Positions 9,663-20,642 of a stretch of 64,000 nt of DNA are shown here, piece by piece (the first letter of the stretch is position 1; each line of letters starts with the position of its first letter). This DNA comes from an uncultured bacterium (GTDB lineage: Bacteria > Acidobacteriota > HRBIN11 > JAKEFK01). The stretch lies in the NCBI GenBank assembly GCA_963777505.1, contig CAVZQN010000006.1, forward strand, positions 32,001 to 96,000. Reading direction: 5' to 3'. A model generated the notes under the pieces. It did not search any database. It was given only the letters and a program-made list of their open reading frames with translations, and was not told the DNA's origin. The position numbers and the translations under genes are program-made.

Positions 9663-11156
9663 ATGAGAGGTTGGCTGGTTGCAGCTTCCATTTGTGTTTG
9701 TGTCGCTATACTCGTTTTCGCAATCTTAAAGAGGCCAGCCATCGTTGGTCAGAGTTTGGGGACTAATACCAATCTTGTTTTCATCACTGTAGATACTCTG
9801 CGAGCCGATCACACCCCATTTGCAAATTATCATCGCGCTACCATGCCAGCCACGGCGGAATTCTTCCAGGACGGTATGAATTTTACTCAAGCGGAAACAG
9901 TCCGTACTTCAACGGCTCCATCGTATGCATCGATGTTATCGGGACTTTATCCATTTCGCAGCGGCGTGCGCAATAATTTTGCACAACTCAATGAACAGAT
10001 AGAGACATTACCTGAAAAACTAAAAAAGTCCGGCTTCATGACTGCAGCTTTTGTTAGCAGCTTTGTCATGATTGGACGCATAAGCGGCTTTAATCAGGGC
10101 TTTGATCTTTATGACGATTTCGTTTTGGAAAAAGAAGCAACTCGTGAAAGTTTCGAACGAACAGCAGGTAACACTGTTCAACATGCTCTTTTGTGGCTTG
10201 ATAAAGCCCCCAAAGATCGTCGCTTCTTTCTTTTTCTGCATTTTATTGATCCGCATGGACCTTATCATCCTCCGGCTCCATATAACGAAAGCTTCCGATC
10301 CACTCATACAAGAATGTTGACTCAAGATCAGATTCCAAGTGATCAATTTATTCCTTCTGTGATGAATCAATATCAATACATCGATTGGTACGATGGTGAA
10401 ATTCTTTACCTTGATAGTCAATTAAAAGCCCTTTATGAGAAATTAAAGACCTTTGAAAACAATACCTGGTTTGTCTTTATTGCTGATCACGGAGAATCTC
10501 TGGGAGAACGTGATCTGTTCTTTAGTCATGGCGATTCTTGTTATGGATTCGAATCAAAAATTTCAATGGTGTGGTTGCCACCGGTTCCTTTACGAAAACA
10601 ATACAAGCCGGATAGAATCCAGCATCCTGTCTCTTTGGTAGACGTGACCCCAACAAGCCTTGAGGCACTTCAAGTTTCAGTTCCAGAACAATTTGATGGC
10701 GAATCACTAGTCCCTGCGTTTCAAGGCGGACAATTGAAAAATCCTTTCCGATTTATTGAACGCTATTGGGGACCAGAATTGAGCTTTGCAGCTCGCAATT
10801 CGCAATTCAAATTAATCAAAAACTACCGTCCTGTCCCAAATCCAAATTGGCTCACCAAGATCTGGCATCCGGAAACGTGGGGAGAACATTCCGTTGAATT
10901 GTACGATTTATCTTTAGATTCCAAAGAAGAAAAGAATCTAATCAAACTCACAAAAGCGCCGGAAGAATTGAGTTTAGCTCTTGATAAATTTATCGCTGAT
11001 GCCCGCGGATACAGACCACCTTTTACTGTCAAAAAATTTACGATTCCTGATGAGGAACGGGCTGAATTTATCAAACAAAATGTGAAGGAACAAAAGATAG
11101 ATCTGACTGAAGAGGAAGTAGAAAAATTAAAAGCTCTTGGCTACGTAGATAAATAA
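9663..11156 (+). CDS. Sulfatase-like hydrolase with N-terminal membrane anchor
   Basis: ITVDTLRADH, TAPSYASMLSG, HFIDPHGPY, ADHGESLGE and C-terminal LKALGY. Confidence 0.85.
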   Translation: MRGWLVAASICVCVAILVFAILKRPAIVGQSLGTNTNLVFITVDTLRADHTPFANYHRATMPATAEFFQDGMNFTQAETVRTSTAPSYASMLSGLYPFRSGVRNNFAQLNEQIETLPEKLKKSGFMTAAFVSSFVMIGRISGFNQGFDLYDDFVLEKEATRESFERTAGNTVQHALLWLDKAPKDRRFFLFLHFIDPHGPYHPPAPYNESFRSTHTRMLTQDQIPSDQFIPSVMNQYQYIDWYDGEILYLDSQLKALYEKLKTFENNTWFVFIADHGESLGERDLFFSHGDSCYGFESKISMVWLPPVPLRKQYKPDRIQHPVSLVDVTPTSLEALQVSVPEQFDGESLVPAFQGGQLKNPFRFIERYWGPELSFAARNSQFKLIKNYRPVPNPNWLTKIWHPETWGEHSVELYDLSLDSKEEKNLIKLTKAPEELSLALDKFIADARGYRPPFTVKKFTIPDEERAEFIKQNVKEQKIDLTEEEVEKLKALGYVDK

Positions 11157-11287
11157 AGTAGGTGTCGCAAACGGAAGAAAGGATTGTCTCGATGCCAAGA
11201 ATTTTAAATACACGATTTCAGCTGCCGAAGTGATCTGAATACCATGTGCGAAGTCACGATGGCCAAAACCATAGTTGAGAATTAAAT

Positions 11288-11563
11288 ATGCAATATCCAT
11301 GTGAGCATTTTACTCAAATAAAAAAAGTGAAACCGAGAACTACAGGTTGTGAAGAGTGTTTGAAGCTTGGAGATCCCTGGGTACATTTGCGTCTTTGTGA
11401 AATTTGCGGCCATGTTGGCTGCTGCGATTCATCGAAAAACAGACATGCAACCGGCCATTTCCATGCAACAAAACATCCTATTATTAAATCCCTAGAACCT
11501 GGTGAAAAGTGGGGATGGTGCTACATCGATGAAGTGTTCGTTGATGAGCTCATAACGAAATAG
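11288..11563 (+). CDS. UBP-type zinc finger protein
   Basis: GCEECL...WVHLRLCEICGHVGCCDSSKNRHATGH...WGWCYID. Confidence 0.9.
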   Translation: MQYPCEHFTQIKKVKPRTTGCEECLKLGDPWVHLRLCEICGHVGCCDSSKNRHATGHFHATKHPIIKSLEPGEKWGWCYIDEVFVDELITK

Positions 11564-11761
11564 TCTCGTTGCAACAAAACTATTGCCAAGAAGAATAATC
11601 CCGCACCATCAAATGGGTAGGAATTATTGAATATGAGTTATGGCTGGCGTGGATTCGCTCATTTCGAAGTTACTGCATCCCACCCCGGAAGTCCCGTTAA
11701 TTCTACAAGAAATTCGTTCAAACCATCTGAAAACCGTCGTTTCGTTTTTGGTATAAAGGTT

Positions 11762-14569
11762 TTAAACGGCCTCAGCTCGCCTGCGGATCATAAGTTTACT
11801 GATTTCGCTGAGCCACAATACAGAGCTTCCCGCAACAACACAGATCAGCCAATCACTGATGGTTAAACTCACGGTTGAAAATGCTTTCTGCAGGAACGGT
11901 GTGTAAATTACAGCTATTTGGAGGAGGAGCGATAACAAAACTGCGCCCCAAAGGAACTTGTTAGCGAACAGATCTTTGAATGCGCTTTCTTCATCCGACC
12001 GCGCATTAAAAACTGTGAAGAGCGAGAAGAAGACGAGCGTTGTGAAAGCCATCGTATGCGCATAGTTGATATCGCCGGATCCTTGGATGAACCCTCCAGG
12101 CAAACTTGCATCCAGTACCAAGAGAGTTCCTGCTGCCGTGATCGTGCCAACGAAAATGATGCCTACCCACATACGACGGGTAATTACTCCTTCACTTCGC
12201 GGGCGCGGTGGGAGACTCATTAGACCAGAATCTGGTGGATCCACTCCGAGTGCGAGCGCGGGGGCTCCATCGGTCACCAGATTAATCCATAGAATTTGTG
12301 TCGCTAACAGCGGTAAGACGAGACCGCTTCCTTCCTGGCTCAGACCAATCACATCAGCCAACAAAATTCCGAAAAACATCGTCATTACTTCTCCGATATT
12401 TGATGAAAGTAGATAACGTAAAAATTTACGGATATTAGCAAAGATCGCACGGCCTTCTTCGACGGCTGCAACGATGGTGGAGAAGTTATCATCTGCCAGA
12501 ACTATATCCGCAGCTTGTTTCGAAACATCTGTACCCGTAATGCCCATCGCTACTCCGATGTCAGCAGCCTTTAAAGCGGGAGCATCGTTGACACCGTCAC
12601 CGGTCATTGCAACTATCGCACCCTTACGCTGTAACGCTTTTACGATTCTAAGTTTGTGTTCCGGGTTAACGCGCGCATAGACTGAAACATTTTGAACAGC
12701 TCTGTCGAGAGCATCTTCCGACATCTTCTCAAGTTCACCACCAGTTACAGCCTGTCCGTCTTGAACGATTCCCAGTTCTTTAGCAATCGTTGCTGCGGTT
12801 TTAGGATGATCACCTGTAATCATGATCGGGCGAATACCTGCAGCCTTCGCGCGTGCAACCGCCTCCTTTGCTTCCTCACGCGGGGGATCAATCATTCCAA
12901 TTAATCCAAGAAAGACGAGTTCGTGCTCAATCTGTTCATCAACTTCCTTTTCTTCGAACACGTTCTTTGGAAAATAACGAAACGCGACACCAAGTGTGCG
13001 GAGAGCTTCACTCGCTAGATTTTCATTGATCTTCAAAATCTCCCCGCGACGTTCGTCTGTTAGTGGGGCGATTTCCCTCCCAACTAACTCCTTCGTACAG
13101 CGACTAAGCAATACATCTGGTGCGCCCTTAGTGAACGCCAGGATACACTCCTGATGTTTAGCGTCTGTATGAATGGTGCTCATCAACTTGCGTTCTGATG
13201 AAAAGGGAACCTCGCCTACGCGCACAAAACGTGCATCCAAAGTTTCGTCTTCCAGCCCTGCTTTGCGTGCTGCAACGATCAACGCACCTTCCGTTGGATC
13301 ACCCTGGATAGTCCAACGCCCATCGTGCTCTTGCAAGACAGCATTGTTAGCGCGATCAGCAGCGGCAAGCGCACGCACTAACTCGAACCGACGCGGTCCT
13401 TCAATAACACCTCCATCCTCACATTGAACTTCCCCTTCTGGCTCATAACCAGAACCTCCAAATTTTATTCGTGCACTTGCAGTCGCAACTACTCGGACCG
13501 TCATTTCGTTTTTCGTAAGTGTGCCAGTCTTATCGGAAGCAATCACATTTGCCGATCCAAGGGTTTCTACAGCGGCAAGATGACGGACGATTGCGCGTCT
13601 GCGCGCCATCCGCTGAACACCTATCGATAGCACGGCTGTCACAACTGTCGGCAGCCCTTCAGGCACTGCTGCAACTGCGAGCGCTACACCTAAAATGAGC
13701 ACATTAAAAAGGGCTGTAACTCCTCTTACATTTTCAACCAGAATAATGGTGATGATCATCACGATAGCAATAACAACAACAATGATTCCAAGCATTTTGC
13801 CTACGCGGTTGAGCTCTTGTTGCAACGGCGTGGTCTCAGCCGTCTCTACTTTCAACATTCCGGCAATTCGCCCCATTTCGGTTTGCATTCCCGTTGCGGT
13901 AACAACAGCACGCCCACGGCCATACGTCACAGATGTGCCGCTGAAAATCATGTTGTTGCGATCCCCAATTCCAACTTCTTCAAGAATCGGGGGCGTTTCT
14001 TTGGCTACAGGCTGGCTCTCCCCTGTAAGTGCAGCCTCTGCTATTTGCAACGCGGTTATTTGAATCAATCGACCATCCGCCGGGATCGTGTCTCCTTCTT
14101 CAATGATCATCAGGTCACCAGGCACAACCTCATTGGATGGGATTCTCTGTATCTCACCATTACGAATCACGTTTGCATGCGCAGCTGACATCTTTCCAAG
14201 AGCTGCTACTGCTTCCTCCGCTCGCGATTGCTGCAGGTACCCCATGATCGCATTGAGAAACACTACGGCAAAAATTGCCATTGCTTCATATGGAAATGCC
14301 GATTGACGCTCATACAACCACAATCCGGCCGAAATGACTGTAGCAATCAAAAGCAGAATTACTAGAACATCCTGAAACTGCGCAAGAAACTTTCTCCAAC
14401 CAGGAACCGGTTTCTCAGCCGTTAACTCATTTTTCCCATATTTTTGGAGCCGCGCCTTTGCTTCCGCTTCACTTAAACCATTCTGCGCATCCGTATTAAG
14501 CCACTTTAGTACTGCTTCAACTGGCTGGCGGTAGGAAATGATCTGATCTTGCTGAAGAGTGTTCATCAT
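11762..14569 (-). CDS. Cation-translocating P-type ATPase (type IIA, Ca2+-like)
   Basis: TGES, VPEGL, DKTGTLT, KGAPD, MITGD, GDGVNDAPAL and NLVTD motifs. Confidence 0.95.
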   Translation of the reverse strand: MMNTLQQDQIISYRQPVEAVLKWLNTDAQNGLSEAEAKARLQKYGKNELTAEKPVPGWRKFLAQFQDVLVILLLIATVISAGLWLYERQSAFPYEAMAIFAVVFLNAIMGYLQQSRAEEAVAALGKMSAAHANVIRNGEIQRIPSNEVVPGDLMIIEEGDTIPADGRLIQITALQIAEAALTGESQPVAKETPPILEEVGIGDRNNMIFSGTSVTYGRGRAVVTATGMQTEMGRIAGMLKVETAETTPLQQELNRVGKMLGIIVVVIAIVMIITIILVENVRGVTALFNVLILGVALAVAAVPEGLPTVVTAVLSIGVQRMARRRAIVRHLAAVETLGSANVIASDKTGTLTKNEMTVRVVATASARIKFGGSGYEPEGEVQCEDGGVIEGPRRFELVRALAAADRANNAVLQEHDGRWTIQGDPTEGALIVAARKAGLEDETLDARFVRVGEVPFSSERKLMSTIHTDAKHQECILAFTKGAPDVLLSRCTKELVGREIAPLTDERRGEILKINENLASEALRTLGVAFRYFPKNVFEEKEVDEQIEHELVFLGLIGMIDPPREEAKEAVARAKAAGIRPIMITGDHPKTAATIAKELGIVQDGQAVTGGELEKMSEDALDRAVQNVSVYARVNPEHKLRIVKALQRKGAIVAMTGDGVNDAPALKAADIGVAMGITGTDVSKQAADIVLADDNFSTIVAAVEEGRAIFANIRKFLRYLLSSNIGEVMTMFFGILLADVIGLSQEGSGLVLPLLATQILWINLVTDGAPALALGVDPPDSGLMSLPPRPRSEGVITRRMWVGIIFVGTITAAGTLLVLDASLPGGFIQGSGDINYAHTMAFTTLVFFSLFTVFNARSDEESAFKDLFANKFLWGAVLLSLLLQIAVIYTPFLQKAFSTVSLTISDWLICVVAGSSVLWLSEISKLMIRRRAEAV

Positions 14570-14748
14570 TACAGTTGTAGCCTTGCGATTTGTTGAAGTC
14601 TTATTAATCCTATACCACCGTATTTCGCGAAAAAAGTTTGATTTTCACTAAATGCGCATCATCGGGTTCTAAAATATTCGAAGTCTAGCTTTGAATGCCC
14701 GGTACTTCGCTATACGCGCCGATTCCCATTTTATCTAGCACGCGGGGG

Positions 14749-14797
14749 TGTCGAATTGGTCAATGCGGAGTTTGACGAATGTCAACGTTACTGACAC
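14749..14797. promoter_or_regulatory. GTCAA/TTGAC palindrome array (putative activator binding site)
   Basis: tgtcgaattggtcaatgcggagtttgacgaatgtcaacgttactgacac aligns with the array at 21988-22035. Confidence 0.65.
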
Positions 14798-14939
14798 TCC
14801 GCAGCGGTTAGGATCTCGTCGGCCTATCAGGCGTTGCCAATCCCAGCTTCTCAATTTTTTAAAACTTAGCGGGAATATATTACGCTGCGGCCACTTCTCC
14901 CGGGCGTACGAACCTCGATCATTTCACACAATTGTTTCC

Positions 14940-14954
14940 TGGCACATCCTTTGC
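14940..14954 (+). promoter_or_regulatory. sigma54 promoter
   Basis: TGGCAC-ATCCT-TTGC, 27 nt before an AAGGAG-preceded ATG. Confidence 0.8.
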
Positions 14955-14981
14955 GTCATCCGACATTTGAAGGAGAAAAAA

Positions 14982-15278
14982 ATGAACACGCAAAACACCC
15001 TAAAACGACTGAAAAACGAAATTACTCATTGCATTTATTGCAAGAGCTCAATCCTTTGGGATGGATATGGCAACGCTGAGATATTGAAATCCGCAAACAA
15101 CCATGTATTCGAATGCATGAAAACAGGTTGCTGTTTGGTCATTCAAAAAATTCCCGAATATTGTTCAACTCCTGAAGAGTTAGGCTCATTCCTGATGACT
15201 TTAATTCAAGATGGGATTCCATCCGATGTTGCCGAGTCCGCAGCCTTAAGACTTATTAGCGAGCGGCTTGCTGCCTGA
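14982..15278 (+). CDS. Small Cys-rich hypothetical protein (98 aa)
   Basis: AAGGAG RBS then ATG 14982; CIYC...HVFEC...CC pattern. Confidence 0.7.
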   Translation: MNTQNTLKRLKNEITHCIYCKSSILWDGYGNAEILKSANNHVFECMKTGCCLVIQKIPEYCSTPEELGSFLMTLIQDGIPSDVAESAALRLISERLAA

Positions 15279-15338
15279 TGGCGTATGATAATGAAATAGG
15301 AAGGGTTTCTTCACAACCCTCGATTCCCCTTGCAGCTG

Positions 15339-17442
15339 TTATTTCAGGTGATGGGGGTTGATTCCGAATTTTTTCAACCGAGCAATTAAAGTTGTGCGCT
15401 TTATGCCGAGCCGCTCTGCGGCGCCTGATGGGCCGCTAACGCGGCCGTTAGTTTCTTTCAAAACACGAATCAACTGATCGCGCTCTGACGATTCTACAGA
15501 GACAGTTGTGCCGGTAGGAAATTCCGTTAATTCACTTAAGGGGACGTTCAAGACGTTTCCCTGCGTCAAAATCATAGATCGTTCAATGAAATTCTCTAAC
15601 TCGCGGACATTTCCGGGCCAATGCCATGCGCGTAATTTTTTTAAAACATTAGCAGGAATACTTTCGACCTTTTTGTCCATCCGGAGCGCGTATTTGTGAG
15701 TAAAATGGCGAACCAGCAGAGGAATGTCATCCGGCCGCTCGCGAAGTGCAGGAATACGAATTGGGAAAACGTTCAAACGATAGTACAGATCGCTGCGGAA
15801 TTCATGATCGGCAACCATTTTCTGTAGATCGCGGTTAGTTGCAGCAATCAGGCGCACATCGACCTTTCTCGTTTTGGAGCTTCCGAGCCTTTCGAATTCC
15901 CGCTCTTGCAGCGCGCGAAGCAATTTCGATTGCAGTTCCAACGGAATGTCACCGACTTCATCCAAAAACAATGTTCCTTGATCCGCTAATTCAAATCTTC
16001 CAGTCCGCTGTGAAATCGCTCCGGTAAATGCACCTTTCTCATGACCAAAAAGTTCGCTTTCAAGCAACCCTGTAGGAATCGCCGCACAATTCAATTTGAC
16101 AAACGTCCGATCCTTTCGCCGACTGTGATTGTGAATTGCCCGAGCAATCAGTTCTTTGCCGGTTCCAGTCTCACCTAGAATTAATACATTAGAACTAGTT
16201 GGCGCAACAGTATCGACTTGTTGCAATACGATGCAATAAAGAAGCGACTTTGTCCGATAATTTCTTCAAAACCGATCTCTGTTCGAATTTCTTCCTCTAA
16301 GTACAGTTTCTCCTGTTCAAGTTTGTCCTTTAGTGTCGCGATCTCCATGTAAGCCAACGAATTTTCAACTGCAAGTGCGAATTGGTTTGCAACTTGTAAT
16401 AGAAAATCAAGTTCGGCGTCGTCAATCGCGTTGCTCGGTTTGTCTGGCCAGAGACAAGACCCCCAGTACGCGATTCCTGCTGATCAATGGCAATACACAA
16501 CCGTTATTCAGGCCTTCTCCAAGGGCGCGCTGGTATTCTTCGAAATGCAGCAGTTCGGTTATCGCCCGAACCACAATGGGCTTTCCTTCCAGGAAGACTT
16601 TTCCCACGATTGTGCCTTCAATAGGAGGAATTCGTAAATCCTCATAGAACCCTTTTTCGCCCGGAAAATCCCGAGCTATCACCGGCAAATGTTTGCGTTC
16701 CGCGTCAGGCAGATGGATCCAAATTGCATCGCATTTCATTACGCGACGAAGATTGGCTAATGTTGCGCTGAAGTAATTCTTGAAAATCCAAATTCGATGC
16801 GACTGCGTTGGTGAAATCTAAGAGCAACTTCAAACGTTCATGCTCACTCCGTGACTCTTCTTGTGAACGCTTTATCTCTTCTTGTGCACGCTTCATTCCA
16901 TCAAAATGAAGCGCATCATCGATCGCAACAGCCACCGCAGAAGCCAACATAGTTAAAAACCGGATTTCGCTTTCTGTATATGCGTTAGAATGTTTGCTTC
17001 CGAAAAGTAACATTCCGATTTTTCGATGCGCTGTTGTTAATGGAAAAGCACATAAAGACTGAATTCCAATATTTTGCAAGTAGTTTTTGGCGACACTAAA
17101 TCGAGTCTCTTGTGTTATGTCTGAGATGAGGATCGGCTGCTGATTCTGATACATCCAACCGGAAATACCTTCGATACTATTAACGAGTGGTGGTTCTATT
17201 ACCTTTGGAAGGTCAAATACGCGAATCAGATCCTTTTGTATTCCGTCTGTTTTATCGGCCCATTGCAAAATCAACACATAGTTGAAGTTGACAACCTGGT
17301 GAAGCTCATCAGCCACCACTTTAAAGAGTAGATCGGGATCGCGAAGTAAACCGATCGCCTGCGAAACACGAAATAGAGTTTCGTAACTTGTAACAGGTTG
17401 CTCTTTTAGCAGATGATTTGATTCCGGAACTTGTTCACGCAT
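15339..17442 (-). CDS. FhlA-like sigma54 activator (GAF-GAF-AAA+-HTH), frameshifted into several ORFs
   Basis: [33 protein letters not shown] and Fis HTH in 15339..16226. GAF segments in 16422..16739 and 16705..17478. Confidence 0.85.
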
Positions 17443-17678
17443 TACTCTAAGCTTACTGCTGAGCTTCGCGACATACAATCACGTGATGTTTCTCCGGCCA
17501 ATAAATAGCTAGGAAGCAATCTGCATCTTGCTTAAGCGGATAGGTACTTATTCTCTAAAGGAGTTCTTTTTATCCTGCCAGACATTTGGATGAACGCCGA
17601 TGAGCAAAAGACCTCGTCGCATCTCGGAATCGGGAAAGACAAATGCTGTAACTAACCTTTCGATGAAAGTATGCGAAT

Positions 17679-18221
17679 TTACACTGCGGAAGACTTATTC
17701 TTTTTTTGCCACACACCTGACCGGGCGCCCAAGTGCAACAGCCTAGCTTGCATTTCGGCAATACACTGGGCTTGCAGCTTATCCAACGGCTCGAAAATGT
17801 TATTGCGATTACCCACAATGACTACAAGCTGTAATTCCGGCCTGAGGGCCGTTTCCGGCCTAAGCCTAACGGCAAAATCAAATGGTTGAATCTCGCATCT
17901 ACAGGGCGATTTGTCCGGAAGGACGGCAGTTTTAACAATCTCTTCAAGCTCGACGTACATCTCCATCCAATCCTTGTCTTTGGGTGTTAAATGTCTGTTG
18001 TCGGAATCCGGGTGCTGAGCGTAGAGGTTGAGCATAAAACCAATTTGAGACTTCGTGAAATTGTTCAGAAGAATAAGCGGAGAAACTTCGAAACAAACCT
18101 TGTGCTTGCAAACCCATTGACTAAAACGTTCATTGGTGTTTGTCGATCTTTCTGTTTTGTTTAAATGATGATCGGATTCTGATCCGCTCATCTTTGTCTT
18201 ACCTACATCAACCTGTTTCAT
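17679..18221 (-). CDS. Hypothetical protein (start uncertain)
   Basis: Long ORF filling the gap between 18327 and the activator gene. Confidence 0.55.
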   Translation of the reverse strand: MKQVDVGKTKMSGSESDHHLNKTERSTNTNERFSQWVCKHKVCFEVSPLILLNNFTKSQIGFMLNLYAQHPDSDNRHLTPKDKDWMEMYVELEEIVKTAVLPDKSPCRCEIQPFDFAVRLRPETALRPELQLVVIVGNRNNIFEPLDKLQAQCIAEMQARLLHLGARSGVWQKKNKSSAV

Positions 18222-18326
18222 ATTCGTATTCTCGGCGTACCCCGACGAGAGGTTTGGGCGGCTAGCAAAACTTGGGTACGAGCGGCTAAATTCAACGCTA
18301 AAAACTTGATACACACTGATTCCTCG

Positions 18327-18770
18327 CTATCGAAAACGAAGCTTGTGCAATTCTTCGTGGCACATCGTGCTAAATTCTCGCAAGGGATCCATCGCGATGT
18401 TCTTCAAGATCTCCGGTATATCGTCAAAGGTTTTATTCGGCGCGAGATAGGTCTCGACGATTATGAACACAACCTTCTCCGCCTTCTCTACTACATGGAG
18501 CGCTGACAGAACACGCATCCTGCTGACCAAAGCGTAAAGGTTTACAAGATTTGAAATTTCTGCCTTATCGTGTTCATAGGCGTCCGCGTACAATCTCGAT
18601 GCCTCTTCGATGAACTGCCTGTATAGCTCTTCCCGCTTGTTCAGATCGTGTGCGAACCTTTGCGCTCTAAATTGCACGTGCTGGGTCAGCCACGACGCTG
18701 CCAAGGAAGTCAGGCCACCTATTATCGACCCGGCTAGCGCTGCTAAGGCGGTAACGTATATGGGATTCAT
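18327..18770 (-). CDS. Hypothetical protein with N-terminal TM helix
   Basis: GGAG RBS, hydrophobic N-terminus and helical body. Confidence 0.75.
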   Translation of the reverse strand: MNPIYVTALAALAGSIIGGLTSLAASWLTQHVQFRAQRFAHDLNKREELYRQFIEEASRLYADAYEHDKAEISNLVNLYALVSRMRVLSALHVVEKAEKVVFIIVETYLAPNKTFDDIPEILKNIAMDPLREFSTMCHEELHKLRFR

Positions 18771-18903
18771 AACTAGCTCCTCGATTATCGTCTGTCGTGA
18801 ATCAGGACTTGCAGAGAGTATCGTCGTAATGCTTCAGCAATTCGTAATCCACAGTTTAACGATTTCATCATTCCCTCCGTAGTTGATGAGTAATGCATGG
18901 AAC

Positions 18904-18957
18904 GAACCGGCACAGCTTTTGTTAAAAGCCTCGTGCAATGTTTGCTGTGCCAGGTTC
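18904..18957 (-). terminator. Stem-loop after the Omp85/kinase operon
   Basis: GAACC-GGCACAGC pairs with GCTGTGCC-a-GGTTC just after the 18974 stop. Confidence 0.45.
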
Positions 18958-18973
18958 TGACCAAGCCCTCGCA

Positions 18974-20632
18974 TTACTTCATCCGCTCAAAACCTATGAG
19001 TCTGGATGCTCCTGATTCCCGCACAAAGTAAGCGCTCACAGGCATCTGCCATGATGGATGTTCCTTGCTCATTGCACTGATTTCAACTTTGATGTACGCA
19101 TCTTCCGTTGGCAGTTCGGCTGGTGCTTTCATCTGTTCCGTGGTTGCAGTTCTTTCACCGATTAACGTCGTCTCACCGGTTTCATTATTGAACGTGTACC
19201 ACTTCGCGGTATAGCTTTCGGGCGCCTGGGCAAAACCCGCCATTACTGCAGCATTTCCAAAAGTCAGAACTCCAGATGGATCTAAAGTAGGATCGATAAC
19301 AGGATTGATCGCCGTTAGGTACCTGCGACCAATTGCATCACGCCGCTCGATCAAAGCTTGTGTAAGGAAGACTGATGCCTCCTCATCCCGAAATTTACCG
19401 GTTTGTACTGCTCTGCGGATCGCATCATCAGAAAGCGTCATTAACTTGCGTGCCGCCCAAAATTTATCATCGTTACGTGCGCGTCTGAATGCAGCATTCG
19501 GAAGCTCGGGTTTCCACTTTTCTGGATCCCAGTTTGTATTGTCCAGCTTAAAACGTCCGACTCCGGAAGATTTGTAAAACTCATCTTTCCGCCACGGCAA
19601 AATGTAGAAGCCAAAGCTCGCCATTCCTTTCAAGATATGTGAACTACCTTCATACAAATATTCCGATCCATCCCAGTAATTGCGTGGTCCAACTGCGTCA
19701 CTTCCCAGAGTAGATCCGAAATCAAGCAAATGATGCCGCACAACTTTGATTCCGTTTTGTTCGATTAAAGTATCAAGCGAATTCATCGATCTGGAATCAA
19801 CGTGATTCAACCATGCGGAAAATACCCCGTAGCCGCGGAGTTCGCGCCGGTGTTCATGTGGAACTACATCATTTGGATCGTCAGGGAAGGTTCCATGAAA
19901 ACGGAAACCACTTAATGGAACGCCCGGCAGTGCTTTGCTTGCAACAACGCGATAGGCACCATCTTCATTCTTGGCTACCTTTTTTAACAGACTATTCAGA
20001 TCACCTCCAGTCATCTTCCGCTTTTTTCTGTTCAGTGGTCTGTAAGTTGCGCCTTCTCCAATCACCAGGTCTTCCCGGTGAAACGTAGCAATATAGTTTT
20101 CCGGCACATGATATCCAAGAGCCCAGAGGAGTTTTGTCACTGCTACTTCTGAACCTGTTGTCATATCGGAATATCCGGGTGGATCAAATTTGAGAAACCA
20201 AACTTGGCCAGTGCTGTCTTTGATTGTAAACCCCGGCGTTACGCCTTGAGACTTTGACGATATAACTGTCCATGTTCCTGGCGCGGGACCATTGCCCGTG
20301 TTTGGACCTTTCTCAATCATTTCCGGAGTGATCGTCATTTTGCCGGCGCGGTTTGTATACCAATTCGAATCGGGAACTTCATCGATTGTATTTATGTTTT
20401 GCGCACGAACATTCGGTGTCTTATCACCTGGATTTGTGAAAAGGTTTTCCAGTGCATCATAAATAACATCGGTTTCCCAAGCTTTGATTCCTGAAGCATC
20501 CTGTACATCCGGATCTACATAGATCGGATCATCATGATAAAACTTCATGGCCGCCTCACTATTGAATGTGAATGCAAAGATTATCAATGTGAAAACGACC
20601 GTAACAATTCTTTCTATTCTTGTATTTCTCAT
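18974..20632 (-). CDS. Secreted protein with atypical (HipA/PI3-4K/CotH-like) kinase motifs
   Basis: AAGGAGG RBS and signal peptide (…FTFNSEA). Motifs FLKFD (Lys), SEVAVTKLLWALGYHVP (Glu helix), WLNHVDSRSMN and LLDFGSTLG. Confidence 0.65.
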   Translation of the reverse strand: MRNTRIERIVTVVFTLIIFAFTFNSEAAMKFYHDDPIYVDPDVQDASGIKAWETDVIYDALENLFTNPGDKTPNVRAQNINTIDEVPDSNWYTNRAGKMTITPEMIEKGPNTGNGPAPGTWTVISSKSQGVTPGFTIKDSTGQVWFLKFDPPGYSDMTTGSEVAVTKLLWALGYHVPENYIATFHREDLVIGEGATYRPLNRKKRKMTGGDLNSLLKKVAKNEDGAYRVVASKALPGVPLSGFRFHGTFPDDPNDVVPHEHRRELRGYGVFSAWLNHVDSRSMNSLDTLIEQNGIKVVRHHLLDFGSTLGSDAVGPRNYWDGSEYLYEGSSHILKGMASFGFYILPWRKDEFYKSSGVGRFKLDNTNWDPEKWKPELPNAAFRRARNDDKFWAARKLMTLSDDAIRRAVQTGKFRDEEASVFLTQALIERRDAIGRRYLTAINPVIDPTLDPSGVLTFGNAAVMAGFAQAPESYTAKWYTFNNETGETTLIGERTATTEQMKAPAELPTEDAYIKVEISAMSKEHPSWQMPVSAYFVRESGASRLIGFERMK

Positions 20633-20642
20633 GGTTGCCTCC

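Noticed and set aside
18904-18957. GGCAC-containing sites as further sigma54 promoters
   Set aside because: No correctly spaced GC; the two GGCAC copies are the arms of a hairpin.
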